This document shows positions 38,581 through 52,619 of a stretch of DNA of 64,000 bases, piece after piece. Position 1 is the stretch's first letter. Each line of letters begins with the position of its first letter. The notes under the pieces were generated by a model that saw only the letters and a program-made list of their open reading frames with translations, was not told where the DNA came from and did no database searches. Both the position numbers and the translations under genes were made by a program. Source of the DNA: Camelus ferus (taxonomy: Eukaryota); the NCBI RefSeq assembly GCF_009834535.1, contig NC_045697.1, forward strand, positions 88,104,001 to 88,168,000. The letters are read 5' to 3'.

Positions 38581-39839
38581 ATCTTTGGTCAGGGTTTCTC
38601 AATCTGGCTTTTATGTATGTGCTAGAAAAATAAAGTTGAATTTTGAAATAAATTTGAAGAACGATGGGTTAAAAATTATGTGTTCAAGAGATCATGACTG
38701 TCTCAGAGGAGAATCACTATGTGCTGTACCCCAATTTTATTGTGCCAATAAATTCCTTTATTTGAGGAGAATCTTTTAACAGCTAGGACAAGCATTTCAG
38801 GGAGTATAGTCTGAAAAATGGTGATCTGTATGGCAGTGTCTGGGCACAGAGTGGTGTTCTTAAATATTAATTTAACTAGATTCTCTGTAGACCAGTTATA
38901 GTTCATCTTAGATCTCAATGTACAATAATGGAAATGGCACAGTAATATGAATACAAAGCCAACCATTCTAGAATCCCAGGTCTCTAGGACAGCATTTATT
39001 TTCTGTGTATCTTAAAACTTTTGCTAACTTATATTTTCCACAAAATGCACCTGTTTCTGAAAGTGTTAAGCCTTTTGACATTCTGAAGCCTTAAACATGT
39101 AATGAAATTGCCAAAAAATGCATTTCATGATTGAGGCAACCAATTGATAAATGTAACCTCTTGAAGTTTCATGTGTAATAAGAAAATACTTACATAAAAT
39201 TATATACATATGTAAGTGTACACACATATGTACACTATGTTTTATAGACAGCGCTATTTCCAAGTGAGTATTGTGATTAGTGTGTATGAATAGGATAAAA
39301 CTTGTATATTGTATTTTGTAGTCAACAGATATTTTTAATTCTCACTCTGTGTGTCAGATCCTGGGTGGGCAAGTTCGAAAACTATGACAGAATATTTTCC
39401 CACACGATATTCATGAGCTAGTGAAGGGTAGCACTACCCATGTGGACGATAAGTGCTTAGAGAGGGCCAAACCTCCCATGAGAGTCAAAGAAGAAAGCAG
39501 TTCGTTTGGGGAGGAGGGACAATGGAATTCTCCATCAAGAAGACAGTTCTCCATCTGGGCCTCTAGGGATTGTTTTAGCATGTCCAGGGGAAAGAAGGGG
39601 GGATTCCAGGGGGAACCATGATTGGGGGAAAGTACAAAAATGTCAACATGTGAGTCCTGCTCAGCAAAAGTAAATAGATCTGTGTAATGAGAGAATAGAA
39701 TGAGGGTAAGGAGCAGCAGGAGACTTGAGCCAGGCGTTAATGCTGAAGCAAGATTTTAAGGACTGATAGTGACAAAGTAAGAAATCAAGACTCAAGTCTG
39801 AAGAACACAGGGTGTTATCAGAAAGATCTGTGACAAGAA

Positions 39840-40510
39840 AAATCTTTACTTTAGAAAGTTGTTTCTGATTTCTTATGGAAAAATATATCCTAGGTAAATC
39901 AAATATTTAAGTATAAGAGATAGAAATAGTAAAAATATCTCTCTATAGAGGACTTATGCCGGGTACATCACAATACTCAATGCCGAGTACTGCATAGATA
40001 ATCTCCCCTGTAATACTCTCACAAGACAACAAGAGGTAGAAATTCTCTTCCCCAGTTTTGACATAAAATAATGTGCTTAAATTCACACAGCTTACAATTG
40101 TAAAGGAGAATTCAAATCTGTGTAAGTCAATGCTTTTAACTATTCCACAGTAACACTCATTAAAAAGTAGTAAACTAAGTAGAAGGAACTAAAATGAAGG
40201 CTGTTTTGTTTACCTTCTTGAGGATAAGAGGAGACTCTCTAGACATAGTATAAAAGTCAGAAAGGAAAATGATTAAGAAAAAACATAGATTTTATTACAT
40301 AAACATCAGTACCTTCTATGTAGAATAATTATAAGCAAAGTAGAAACACAGGCAACAAACTAGGAAAATACAAATACTTTCAACTGATATGACAGAAAAA
40401 GCGTCTTACAATATATAAAAATCAGGTATTTCTAAAAATAAGTAAGGAAAATATGGACTCCTCTAACAGAAAAATTGGCAAAGGATATAGACAACTAGTT
40501 CATAGAAAGA
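39840..40510 (+). mobile_element. L1ME-like fragment with embedded MIR (~39950-40160)
   Basis: aaatatttaagtataaga...caacaaactaggaaaata...aaattggcaaaggatatagaca. Confidence 0.5.
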
Positions 40511-43024
40511 GAAATACTAATGGGGATATTTAGGAATGGACCGAGTGTGAGGGGATATGCGTATTCATGCAGCATTGGCTGATGCATGACTTTTCGCCAT
40601 CTTTCTCCAGGAGAGTTTGCCCATGTGCTGAGCAGACTCAGTGGTCCTTTGTGTCCCTTTGAAATGTAAATTGCCAAGGAGACGTGATGAGTACCACAGA
40701 GAGCAGTGAGCTAATGAGGGTCTTTTGTAAAATTTGGCTTGGAGTCATGGAATTCAAAGTCATGGCCGCCCTTTCACATGGGATATATTCTGCAACCCTG
40801 AAATACTCAAAAAGTTGAAGACTACTTGAGATAGTAAAACTATATACATTTCTTAAATACCATCTTCACCTACATTCAAGCATATTCACCCAAGTCAAAA
40901 CTTCAAAATTGAGATTTTTGGATGCATTTGATTGAGAGTCACATCTTAAGGTTATAGGAATTAAGTCTTTTAGTATGAACCTGGTTGTTCTATAGGCAAA
41001 TGCCAGAACTTGGCACCTGGTTTCCTGGATTCTAACAACCAACCTTCTGCATGAGTAAATACCGATGTAACTGTATCACCTAGGTATATCACTGTGAAAT
41101 TTCAAAATTCTCTGGTCTTTTCTCAAAGACACAACTCAATAAACAGTGAAGTCAAGAGATCAAAAGTATTTGAACTTGAAAGGGACTAGAGTTTATAACC
41201 CCTGTGGTGAAGGAGGTTATGGACAAAAGACATTTAAATAACTGGAAATGTTTCATTCTCTTAAAGTGCTACCTCAGTTGTTAAAAAATAAACACAACTG
41301 ACATTTCTCCTTAGTTTAACATCCTCTCACTGTATCTCTTAACATAACTTCCCACTCATTTGAATTTTTGCCAGTCACTGTCTTTGGCTCCTTATTATCT
41401 TTTCTGTTGAACTAGGAGAAACTCCTAATCTTTGCTTTTCTCCAAGAAATACGAATACTGAACAAATGTTGTGTTTCCTCTGTATGGGAGGATAGGAAGC
41501 AAGGAGTCTGCAGTGAATACTTCTAATTAAAGCTTCACTCTGACATCTAGGAAGCAGCTCTTTCCTGACTGTATTCCCAGGGCCATTTTTATCCATGTAA
41601 GGCAATAACTAAAACCTCACCAAGACTCTAAAGAGCTGTGCACTTCCTACCTGAATCTGAGATGTGTTATGCTGGGTTTGGAGATTTCAATCCAGCCCCT
41701 ATGGGACTGTGCTTCGAAAATAAAAATTTAAGTGATAAAAAATTAATAAGGCCAACATATAATATTCTATATTCTGCTACAGTCTTGTTTTTTTAATTCT
41801 AGGATGTCTCTTTCAAACGAAAGAGTTATATTGGCCAGGGATTACTTCATGTGAACATAATTCAGCTACTTCTTATCATGGACTACCAATACAGGACATC
41901 AACTCAGGTCAGAATCTCAACAATTAATTTTGAGAAGTACCAGAGCATGACTCTTACATGCTCTCCAGCACATCTGGTCAGCTGCCACGTGGCCTCTTCT
42001 ATTTCTTTCCTCTTCTTTTGTCGAAATCACCTTTCACTAAGAGAGTTTGTCATCACCACCTGAATGTCACCACTTTGCAGCCTCTACTGGGCACAATTTA
42101 TTTTTTCTAACAGAATCTGCTCCAATATTTATTTTCTTCTATATACAGTATCAGCTTGTCTTTGAATGTTTGTATCTTCTCTTTGAGCTTTATTTCAAAG
42201 AGGAAGTAGCTCCTTTAATTTCACAGAGAATGTGCAGTCAAAAATTTAATCTATTTCATGGAGGAATTCCCCTTGTTTTCTTCTATTTCCTGCCTCTTTC
42301 ATGTTTTGTTATTTTTCTTTGCTTCCTGCTATGTTTTTTTCTTGACACTTCAGGTCCCGTCAGCAATGTTTTCTGGCTATTCTGATCATGATGTATAGGG
42401 GTTTTATTTCAGGACCACCTATTGACTGGCAAAGAGCTGGTCTAGTAGGAAGCTTGAATATAGATCTCTTATCTCAGAATACTTCCTAACTTTGCAATTT
42501 GGAGCAAAGATTTCTTAGTGCAAGCAGTCCTTCATGGAGAGATTTACTGTTTACTTCCTTTCAGAACCTTTGAAAATTATTCTCATGGACAATCACTTCT
42601 TTATCTTGCCTCACTAATTGTCTGCTTTTTGCAAAACACTTGTTTGGATGAATGAATGAACAAGGGTCTCCTGGGAATGGCAGTTTGATATATTCCTCAC
42701 AGACATGGCTCTCTATTATGTTTCTCCCAATCCTTCAATATTCACTTGGTTATTTCTAACCTAAGGAGGCACCGTAACTTAGCCCCTACCCACTGTGGAA
42801 AATTTTAAATCTTATGTACTGTGAATTTAAAACAAAACTTAAAAGAACATGAAGCTGCAGCATAAAATAAAGAGAAAATATTTGCTAGGATTTTTGCCAT
42901 TTTTATTTTCTGTAATTTAGGTTTTTAAAATCAGCTTCATGAGGCTTTCTGGGTCCTGTGTTCACATAATCTACCAATAAGCACATTGAACATCCTACAT
43001 GACTAAATGTGAACCTTTAAATTA

Positions 43025-43210
43025 TAATTCTAACAGTAATAGCTAACATTTATAGAGAGCTTACTATATGCCTGGCACCAGTGCTTTATGTGAATTACTT
43101 TTAATTAATTGTCACAACAGCCGTGTGATTGGTATAAAATGGAAAATTGAAGTAAATGTCTAAGCTAGTCAGTGGTGAAGTGCATGATCCCAACTCAGGC
43201 AGTCTGATTA
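43025..43210 (-). mobile_element. MIR
   Basis: aatagctaacatttatagagagcttactatatgcctggcac...aactcaggcagtctga. Confidence 0.75.
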
Positions 43211-45625
43211 CAATATGGTACCTTAGAGTGTTAAAAATGAGGACAGTGGCCTTTTGTGTTAAGTACAAAGTGGACTAATGAAACTTTGCACAAATCTGCA
43301 CTAGTTTCCCATATTAGAGTCAGCTTTTCCTAGTTTTCCTAGTCCTTTTTTAATGCTTACATTTCTGCATCAAATAATTTATAAAGCATTATTTTAGATA
43401 CACGTCCTTCTAGTCGCTAATTCAATATCCATACACAAGAGTAAGTGTAACCAGTAGATAAACTTTTCTAAATGCTCGTTTTTATCTCAGGGAATATATA
43501 GGCAGATAACACAAAAAAATTCTTCTTCCTCTGTCCAACATCTCAGTTGACGGAATTAGTATAGCCAGGGAATCCCATCCCTGGGTAGAGTTGGATGCAC
43601 AATACTGCTCTTGTCAAATATCAACAAGTGCCCAACATTCACTTAGGACTGACTGTGTGGAAAGCAGTATCCTGGTGCCGTGAGAGAAGGGAACTGATTG
43701 TGACTCACCCTGTTGGGCTCATATTCAATCTAAAAAGACAGACACGTAGACACAGACACAGAAATGACCCAGTGTGATCTAGCCCTGTGACTCTTAGGTG
43801 TGCTTTGTGATGGAAGGTTCAGTCTTGAAGGAAAGGGTTTGTGCTGCCTAGAAGTCGACTCAGGGAAAATTTTACAATGGAGGTGACTTCTAAGCTGGAC
43901 TGTGAAGGATGAGAAGAGTTTAAAATTTAGTTTCTGGTCAGTTCAAACAGCTGTGCTATGAAGGTGTGATATTACTGTGATATTTTGAGACTGTTTAGCC
44001 AGACAGCTAGAGCTACCCCTATCCTGTCCTACTCCGTCTAGCCTCTTCTGGAACTCTGTGACATTTTACTACAGTTCAATTGTATATACATAAATTTATT
44101 TGACTATTTTTCTTTAAAACTTTACATGGATTTAAAATGAGCAGTCAGTAAATGAAAACGAAAGGTGACATTTGGGGATAAAATTAGCGAACATTCTAAA
44201 GTAGCATATATCAAAAAAGTGGAATCTTCAGTTTAGGACATAGAATCCTGGCAAAAAGATTTTTTTCCCAAGGAAAAAGTGGAGAATTGCTTTTATGGAA
44301 AACATAGCTGATACCTCTAAAAGGTCTCTTGAATCCACCTACTTCTCTGGTTCCGCCGCCTCGAACTGTTCTCACTTAGACTCGTGATAGCTTTACTATT
44401 TGTTTGTTGTTTTCTGATTCTTTCTCACTAATCTCCCCAGTATATTCTCTGCTTTGCAAAGAGCAGATCACAGACTTGTAACTCACATAGCTCAGACTCC
44501 TTTCTCTCATTGCATTTATCACAGTTTTAATTTTTCCATTTTGTGCATGATTATTTATTTAGTATACTTCTTTGTCACTAGATTTTCAACTCCTCATTAG
44601 CAGGGCCCCTGTTGATTTTGCACACCCTGTTCAGTACAGTAAACAAATAGGGACAAAACAACTTATTGTTTCAATATTGTTTTTGACGTTTCTTTGGTAG
44701 TTTGGTCACATGACATTGTGCTGGGTTTTTTTCCCCCTTAAATTACATTACCTTTTACCACAACCTACATTCACTTATTCAATAAATATATGTGTTATAC
44801 TACATTAGGCACATGGATGGTGAGGTGAGAAATGGAAAAATGTGACCTTTGATCTGAAAGGTCCTATTTTATAGTTGGGGAAAAGGCACAAAAGGTCCTT
44901 GAACAGATGACACCTGAAATAAAGGTGTTGCAGGGTAGTGTAGGATTAAATACTGAATGAGTAACATTGACACAAAGTGTTACATAATCTCAGACGTTCG
45001 GATGAGTGAGAGCTGCTGTTTGGATGGAAAGTTTCCCAAAGGAAGAAAGGAATGGAGCTAAGTGCCCAGACGTTTTGAACACATGTGGGTTTTTAGAGAC
45101 ACCAGCTAAACATTATACCTGGCTTATTCCGCGTAAGTTTTTATGTATCAGGAGAGTCCTTAGGGAACATCCTCTGACCTCTGTGACCTCTTCTAGGAAA
45201 CAGCTCAGAGTCTGGACTGGAGCCATAACCACCAATTTTTCTGGCTTGTACCCAAGCAATTGTGTATAGAGTGGTTGGCATTCTGTGCTGTTTAGCCCAG
45301 AGGCCCATTCTCTTGTTCTTAGTGGGATATAAAATCTCCACAGTTGAGTGGATTTGTTATAGCTTGGCCAAAGCCTGCAGCTTAAAAGAACTTTATCAAC
45401 ATCAACATGTCTGAAAATTTTCAGACTCTGGGGGAAGATTTGTGGCCATTGTGGTTGCTAGAGGGTGAGACTAAAAAAGTGCAACATACAGATGGTGAAA
45501 ATACAGACCTGTTTTTAGTACAGGCATAAGGATATACCCCAAAGATGAGAAGAAATGAGTCTCACCCAATCAAACTAAGACTTAGTAAATGGATAACTAA
45601 CTCACCCTCTTAATAAAGGCTAATT

Positions 45626-46125
45626 GTAGCAGACCTTGGTGGTTCATTCTACATCCATTCTCCTGACTCCACTTCATCTTTCCTAGCAGAGCCCACTTCC
45701 AAGTTTGGAGGCTGAAAATGCCAGGCACAATCTACTGGGAAAGAGTGCAGCTATGGCATGACCAACGCTGACCAACTAGGACCTAAACTGGGGGAGGCTT
45801 TGGGAAAAGTTTTCCTTAGTAACAAAAACAGAGACCCATAGAAGGGATAACCTCTTTCTCCTTCACTGGAGAGGTCGTGTATGCCTGTGCCTTCTGGAAC
45901 TATCACAGCTGTATTGAAATAGTGAACTGTGACTGTGCCGACATATTGAAGAAGGCACGGAATTCAGATGAAAAAATGATGATGGCATCAGTGAGCCAGA
46001 TCTCCGCCTCTGAGCTGTCCAGCCCTGTCTGGTACCCTGTTAGTGTGAGATCATAAATGCCCTTATAATTTATACCACTTTTACTTGGGTGTCCTATTAT
46101 CTGCAGCTCAAAGCTCAGATCTGAC
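45626..46125 (+). mobile_element. MLT1J-like MaLR LTR
   Basis: tgtagcagac...ctttgggaaaagttttcctt...gtgagatcataaatgccctt...ctgcagctcaaagc. Confidence 0.65.
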
Positions 46126-47796
46126 TATCTAATCATATAAAATATAAAAATGAGTTAGATAAAAACAAAAGGTAACATAATGTTTAAAGTAAAGATTTTA
46201 AGCCTGATTAATAGAAACATCTATTTCATATTGTATTTGCTTATCACTAAGTTAAATCTATCCAGGTAACATAGTGCTAAAACATCAGAGGCTGACATTT
46301 ATCAATTACAGTTTTCCTCACGTATCTGAGCAACTAAAGTAAATATTCCTGGTGGATTTCAGTGTGCAGAATTCCAGAATTGGTTGGTCAGTTTTCTTTA
46401 TGAAATGCCTTAAAACATCCTTTTTGTCCTCTATAAATTTACTTGAAATGTCATACTCCTTTCAAGTTGAATGTAGAAAGTTGGCCTCTAGTAGCTAGCC
46501 GGTAGTGTTCCACTTAAAAAAAATCTGTAAATAACAAAGAAGTGAGCCGAATAGTCATCTGCCTTCTTTATAACAGTTTCCTTATAAATGATGTTATTTA
46601 TGTAATTTGAAAAGGAATAAAAATTACAAATGCCAAATTGGGTGCAGGGCTGTGTAATTGCCAATTCAAGTGAGACACCCTGGCGTTTCAGCTTCAATAA
46701 CTTCACTGTGCATCCAACTTTGATAATCAGTTTTGAATAAAAATACATACATATTTCAAAAACTTCAATCTAGTTCTTTAGATATTGATATCAAAATTCA
46801 TATCTTAGGTTCCAGTCCCCCCAAAACAGAATAAGCATCATTAAACCTCAAAACCTGATCTGCAGAAAAAGGCTGTTGGGTGAGCCAGGCTCAAGGCAAT
46901 CTTTTTTCTTTTTCTAAAATTCTGTGCTCATATTTTTTCTTCCTACAATGTCTTATGTCTGACGTTCAGTCATAAAATCCATTCCCAGCAGAGGAGAAAA
47001 ATGAGGACATGATGGTATGATCTATGCTTCCTGCCAAGGTCCCTATTTCGGTGCTGGAGGCGCTTTGTAGCCTGTTGGTTATTGCATTGCAGCCTCTGTT
47101 CCTGCCCGCACCCACCAGGGAGTCCAGTGCCCTGCCTTGATTTCTTGACCTTTGTGTTTACACTGTTTCCCCCTCTGTGCTATGTTTTCCTCCGAGCTAT
47201 CAAATACTTCTAATTCCTATCCGAAGCCGGGGAGCTTCCTGCCAACTCCCAGAGGCAGTCAGGACGCTCCTCGCCCTGGCTCTGCACGCCAACTTCCTGC
47301 CCAACACTGAACTGTTTTTCTACATGTAATATGCAGTTTCTATGTCACTGCCTATGTTGTCTTTTCTAAACTTGAAAAGCTTTGAAATTATTAAACTTTT
47401 ACCCTTTCTCTTAACTCCAACACCCACCTCCTGTTTTTTAACGCACATCTTTTAACTCATTTAGAGAGAGCCTCAGTGCCTGTATTCTTCCAACGTGATT
47501 CATTTCCAAGTGGAAAGTTTTCAGGAAGACTGGGCTTTACCTACTTGTAAACTCAAACTTTATATTTTATTCATTTGGAATGGACTTTTGAAAAATGAGT
47601 TACTAATTTTTTAGGCTTTTTGACAGTGATTTAAATCACTTTATTTTCCTGTTTGCTCCCCTAGTGCCCCATGTACTTATTACACTGTTGAATTGTTTTC
47701 TTATCTCTCTCCCCACTTGTAAAAGAAAGAAATTACTCGTTTCTTTTTAAGAACATTTTTCTTATCAAATCAATTTATATTGTAGAGATAAACTCC

Positions 47797-47840
47797 AGCT
47801 GTCCTGCCCTGTCTGGTACCCTGTTAATGTGAGATCATAA
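47797..47840 (+). repeat. 44-bp dispersed direct copy of 46013-46056
   Basis: 42/44 identical to the segment inside the MLT1J-like LTR. Confidence 0.9.
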
Positions 47841-49144
47841 CATCATATTGTAATTTTTCATTTTTAAATGTTTTAAATTTTAAAATTTTTCATTTCAAAA
47901 ATTTAAATATTCTACATAATCAGAATAATTATTCAGATTTTCTCCATATATGATCCTGAAGCCATAAATTTTTATTTTAATGTGAATGTATTTCATTTCA
48001 TTTACTATCTAAATTGCATGGACTGCTGATGGCTCATTTTTACTAACTTCTATGATCCTGGTTACTTTTTAAGTAAAATGGCATTTTATTTATTATATAT
48101 CATAGAGTTGGTAATTAATTTATCATTTGAATTTTTTTCTTTACATGTCACCCACATCTCTCTACACTCACCTAATATCTCTGCTCTTTTCCTTCTTCTC
48201 CCTTTAATTTTTATTACTCATATCACAGTGTTAAAATAAAACATAGACATTTCTTCATTTTCAACAAGTGAGTCGCACAATGTATTTTTAATTGTTAAAT
48301 TCAAGCCTAAATAAAAGAGTGGATGGATACAAATAATGAATCCTTACCATTTTTACATACACATTGTGAATCTCGCTGAGGTGATTAATAAACAGAGCAA
48401 GATAGTAAGTTCCATACATCGCCTCTAAAAGAGAGGGGAATTAGAAAGTTTTAAACACAATTGGCTTCAAATCTAGCTCTTGATGTTTTGTAGCTGGTGG
48501 TCTTCAACAGTTACTTAACTTTTCTGAATATCAGTTTTCTCATTAGGAAAATGGAAAATGCAATGATCTTAACTGGTTGTGGAGAGGGTTATGAATAAAG
48601 TGCACAGGACATGGTAGATAATATATCAATATTAATTCTCTACCTTTCATTGCATCTATTTATAGAGGTTTTTCTTTAAGTCAGACAGATAAGTAAGTAT
48701 AAATACCAGAACTTGATTTTAAACTGGAAAAGAAAAGCTGTATTTTAATAATCTATTCCAAATGGTTTGTTTATCGATAACTAACTTAGTATATTAAGAT
48801 TGTTCATAACTTCCTATTCTTACGTAAAAGCTTGGTACCTTATGGATATAAAAAGTAAATTCTGTATGCAGACAAGGTATTATTTCTGTTTACAAAGGAA
48901 TTAGTAAAACTGAAGAAATAGCTTAGGAAAATCAAGGGGGGAAATCCACTTCTACTTACCTTGGGTGGATGGTTCAGGCATAACCAAACCTCTGTATAAC
49001 CTGAACAGGCAGTGTCAGAAGTAGTAAAGTTGAAGTTCTAGAAAGCTTAGACAGTAAAAAAGAATTTTGGCTCTACCTTATTGTTTTAAATTTTAGCATG
49101 GATAAACCTTGTTTTAGCTTATGACATTTCAGTTCCATGAGTGT

Positions 49145-49628
49145 GTCAAACACTATGGATCGACTGCTCTAAAGCCATTTTCAACCCCTTTCTTGTGTTT
49201 CGGTATTGTAGAAACTGCAAAGCTGGAGTTCCAATGCCCATGGTCCTACACTCACTTCCTCTTAGGGGTGACCACGTGACCAGTTCTACACAAAAAGATT
49301 AAGTTGAAGTCACTGGGCTTTTAAAAAGGGATATTTGAAAAAGGTCACTGTCCTTTGGCTTTTGTCTTCCCACTTCTTCCTGCTTCTGCCTGGAAAGCAG
49401 ATGTGAGCCTGCCCAAGAAGCAAGCACCTCACAGCCTCACCCAGACAGTGTCCTTGAGGACCTACCTGCATATGCTGAGAACAACTGAACAGAAAAAAGA
49501 GAAAGTTCCCCAGAGCACTAGCTTACTACCCCCTGACTGCTGGCTGTCTGAGATAAATAACCCCTATTTATCTAAGTCATTGAACGAACCTTTCGTTGCT
49601 TAAATCTGAATTCAGTCCTAATTGATAC
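49145..49628 (+). mobile_element. MLT1H/I/J-like MaLR LTR
   Basis: ggggtgaccacgtgaccagttct...cttcttcctgc..gcctggaa...gagataaataacccctatttatctaag...cctaattgatac. Confidence 0.6.
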
Positions 49629-49797
49629 TAGTTTCTACTTGAACACTGAAGACAGATTGATTTAAAGACTGTTTTCTCAATTCTGTCAAGGAAGGTACGT
49701 AACTAATATTTTAGAGGTACTGAAGTGAGGTTAATTTATTACATAAGATGAGTGATCAGGGTAGTAGGACTTACCTCCCTTCCACCTCTGCACTAAA

Positions 49798-49967
49798 CGC
49801 TTGCTCTGTGAAATATCGTCTGCAGACCAACATCATAAGCATCATCAGATAACTTACTAGAAGTCTGGAATCTCAGAATTCCCCCTCTCCACCTGCTGTG
49901 GAATCTGCATTTTAACCATGATCCCCAGGTGATTTGTATGTACATTAAAGTACATTTTAAAATGCTG
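49798..49967 (+). mobile_element. MER5-family hAT-Charlie
   Basis: gaatctgcattttaaccatgatccccaggtgatttgtatgtacattaaag. Confidence 0.7.
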
Positions 49968-50423
49968 GATAAATGATGGGCTTTATGAGATGAGAAGGCC
50001 AGTCTTTTTTTTTTTTTTTTTAATTTTTTATCTTTCAATTTCCTGATACAGTTTCTAGATAGAACGTAACAAGCCCAACCAAATATTTGATGAATGAAAC
50101 ATAACACTGGCTCGGCATCAATCATTAAATGCCGTTATATATTTTATTATCAAAAACCTGACTGTTATTTGCAAAGCAGAACTTACGGCTATGAGGAAAT
50201 GAGTAATGGGCCAGACATGATGTGAAACAGGAAAAGTAGTTGAAAAGTTACAAAGTTTAGAGTGGAATAAACAATAGGCTCTCGTTGTGCACTGAAATGA
50301 AAAGTTTTAAAGAATGTGGACCCCTCTAACAGAAAGAGTTAAACATAGACAGCTGAAGGCTAAGTCATGGAGAGACACCCTTGTCAAGATTTATTATTTT
50401 GCCTGGGCCATCTAATTCTAGGT

Positions 50424-50600
50424 CAGTGGCTCTCCTGTTTGCTAGAGTGATGGACCACTGAATTCTGAGGGAAACTAGGAATGCTGTCCCACAGAAATGC
50501 ACTTATACTCAGAATGCAAACACACTTCATACAGTTTCAGGGAGTGCAGGCTCCCCAAAGCCTACCTACCAAAGGTGCAGTGGACCTCAGCCCTCCATGG
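50424..50600 (-). mobile_element. MER117-like hAT-Charlie
   Basis: cagtggctct...cagaaatgcac...catacagtttcaggg...tggacc resembles the reverse of MER117. Confidence 0.55.
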
Positions 50601-50954
50601 AGTTTGAATTTCTCTTATTACCAGTTGGGTGGAATGATGAAATCTATGAACGGTTCAGATAAATAGATAAAGGCTACTTCCTCACATATACTAAAGCCTA
50701 AATCATTTCCCAGTTTAACTTTTGACTGAATGAAAGAAGCATGATGCTTCCATGAGGTTCCACCAGTCTTTTTCCATGGGCCTGTTGTGGCTGATGAACA
50801 ACCGAAAAGGGTGTAAGAAATTAACTTGTACGTACACTTAGTTGTTAAACTGAGGAACACTCAAAACACAGAAGAAGTGTACCCAGCTTAGAAATATATA
50901 TATGGAGATATTAGAGACTTCCTTCCATTATTAGAAGGCTTTTAATTTAGAGGG

Positions 50955-51411
50955 TATTATGGGTTGAATTCTGTCCTTCTGAAAATATATAGTGAAGCCC
51001 TAACCCCTAGTACCTCAGAATATGACTTTATTTGGAAATAGTTTCCTTGCAGATGTAACTAATGAAGATGAAGTCATACTGGAGGAGGGTGAGCCCTTAA
51101 TTCAACACAACTGGTGTTCTTACAAGAAACACAGAGACAGACATAGGAGAGGAGAGCACCATGTGTTCTCTGAACAGGGTCAGAAATTTCAGTCAGCAGC
51201 CAATAGCCACAAGCCAAGGGACGTCTGGGGCCACCAGAGTCAGGAAGAGTCAAGGAAGGACCCTCCTCTCCAGGCTTAGGAGGGAGCATGGCTTTGCCAA
51301 CACCTTAATTTCTGACTTCTCCCCTCCAAAACTATGAGAGAATACGTTTCTGTTTTTTTAAGCCATTCGAGTTTTGAAAATGTCTTCGGAAAGCCCTAAA
51401 AAACTGATAGA
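50955..51411 (+). mobile_element. MLT1C/B-like MaLR solo LTR
   Basis: tattatgggttgaatt...gtacctcagaatatgactttatttggaaatag...gccaacaccttaatttctgacttc; 5-bp TSD gaggg/gtggg. Confidence 0.88.
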
Positions 51412-52122
51412 GTGGGAGAAGCAAATCCTAAATTATAATGATTTGTTTTAAATGTCTGTTATGATTAATAAGAAAAGCACTTATTCAGCAAGTATTCATT
51501 GATCTTCACTATGTGTAAGACATTTTTCCATTTAGGATATTGAAATAAATAAGCAATAAATACTATGCTTAGTTTATCAATCAGGAGTAGGATGGCTGCC
51601 CCCTTAAAACTACTTTAAAGTGTGTTCCTCTCAAGAGTTTCATTGAGGTCAAAACCACTCTTAATATGTGCACATATAAGTGTATACATATCTTTAGTGT
51701 AGTGTTCTTATTCCTAAAAAATATATAGCCTAATTTTTATTTAAAAGTTATTTAGCTGATCTGGGTCTCAGTTCTTTTACCAATAGAATGGCATTAATAT
51801 TAAATGTCAAAATTTTCTCAGTGTTCTAAATTTCTATCTGGTCAAAACCATAAGTGTTTGATAGTTCATTTGCTAGGGAACAATCTTAAATTGTTTGTAG
51901 GTATTTAACTTAAAGAAGATAAAACTCATGGAAAACAGCTCTCTTCGAATAGCTGAAGAGCAGTAAGTTGGAAGAGACACTGTTGTGTGTGAGCTCAAAT
52001 CATGGAAGAGGTCTGGTGGAGATGGAATTGGACTCAATATATGGGAGAACTTGTTAGTAGTTTTGGCTTAAACAATATATTCTGACTCCTAAATTAATAA
52101 ATTCTTTGTCATAAGAATTGTT

Positions 52123-52202
52123 TACTTTAAACTTATGCAGTGCTATATGTCAATTATATCTCAATACAACTGGGAAAAAATAAACATTTAAAATCAGAAA
52201 AA
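52123..52202 (+). mobile_element. Ultra-short L1MA-like 3' tail
   Basis: aaacttatgcagtgctatatgtcaattatatctcaata plus an A-rich tail; perfect TSD aagaattgtt (52113-52122, 52203-52212). Confidence 0.8.
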
Positions 52203-52416
52203 AAGAATTGTTCATCTGGATAATTATTTGCCAAGATAGCTTGAAGGCATTTTAAGCATTCCCAGGTTGGTTGGTGGTTTCCTGGGTCTTATTTTCCAGA
52301 CACTATTGAATTCAGAAGTATGTATTTAAAAGATTATTCACTCCAGAGATAGAATAGAGTTCAAGCCATCTACCTGTCCCTTGTAGCTATGTAAACTTAA
52401 TTTCTGAATCTCATAC

Positions 52417-52506
52417 AGATATTAATACAGGTATTAATACCTATACTAAAAAATTGCAGATATTAATACAGATATTACAGATATTAATACCTATAGTAAA
52501 AAATTG
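52417..52506 (+). repeat. Nested tandem duplication (cagatattaata units) within a MIR-like fragment
   Basis: Two ~40-50 bp copies, each ending in cctata(c/g)taaaaaattg. Confidence 0.8.
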
Positions 52507-52619
52507 CCCTGAATTTCAAATAAAATAATGCATATAAATATCTAGTCACTAGTCATAACCTAATCAATGCTGGTTCCATCCCTTACTCTATAACTTATAT
52601 TCTCCTGGATGAAGCATAA

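Noticed and set aside
40684..40801. GTGATGA...CTGA, resembling a C/D box snoRNA
   Set aside because: No terminal stem; such motifs are expected by chance.
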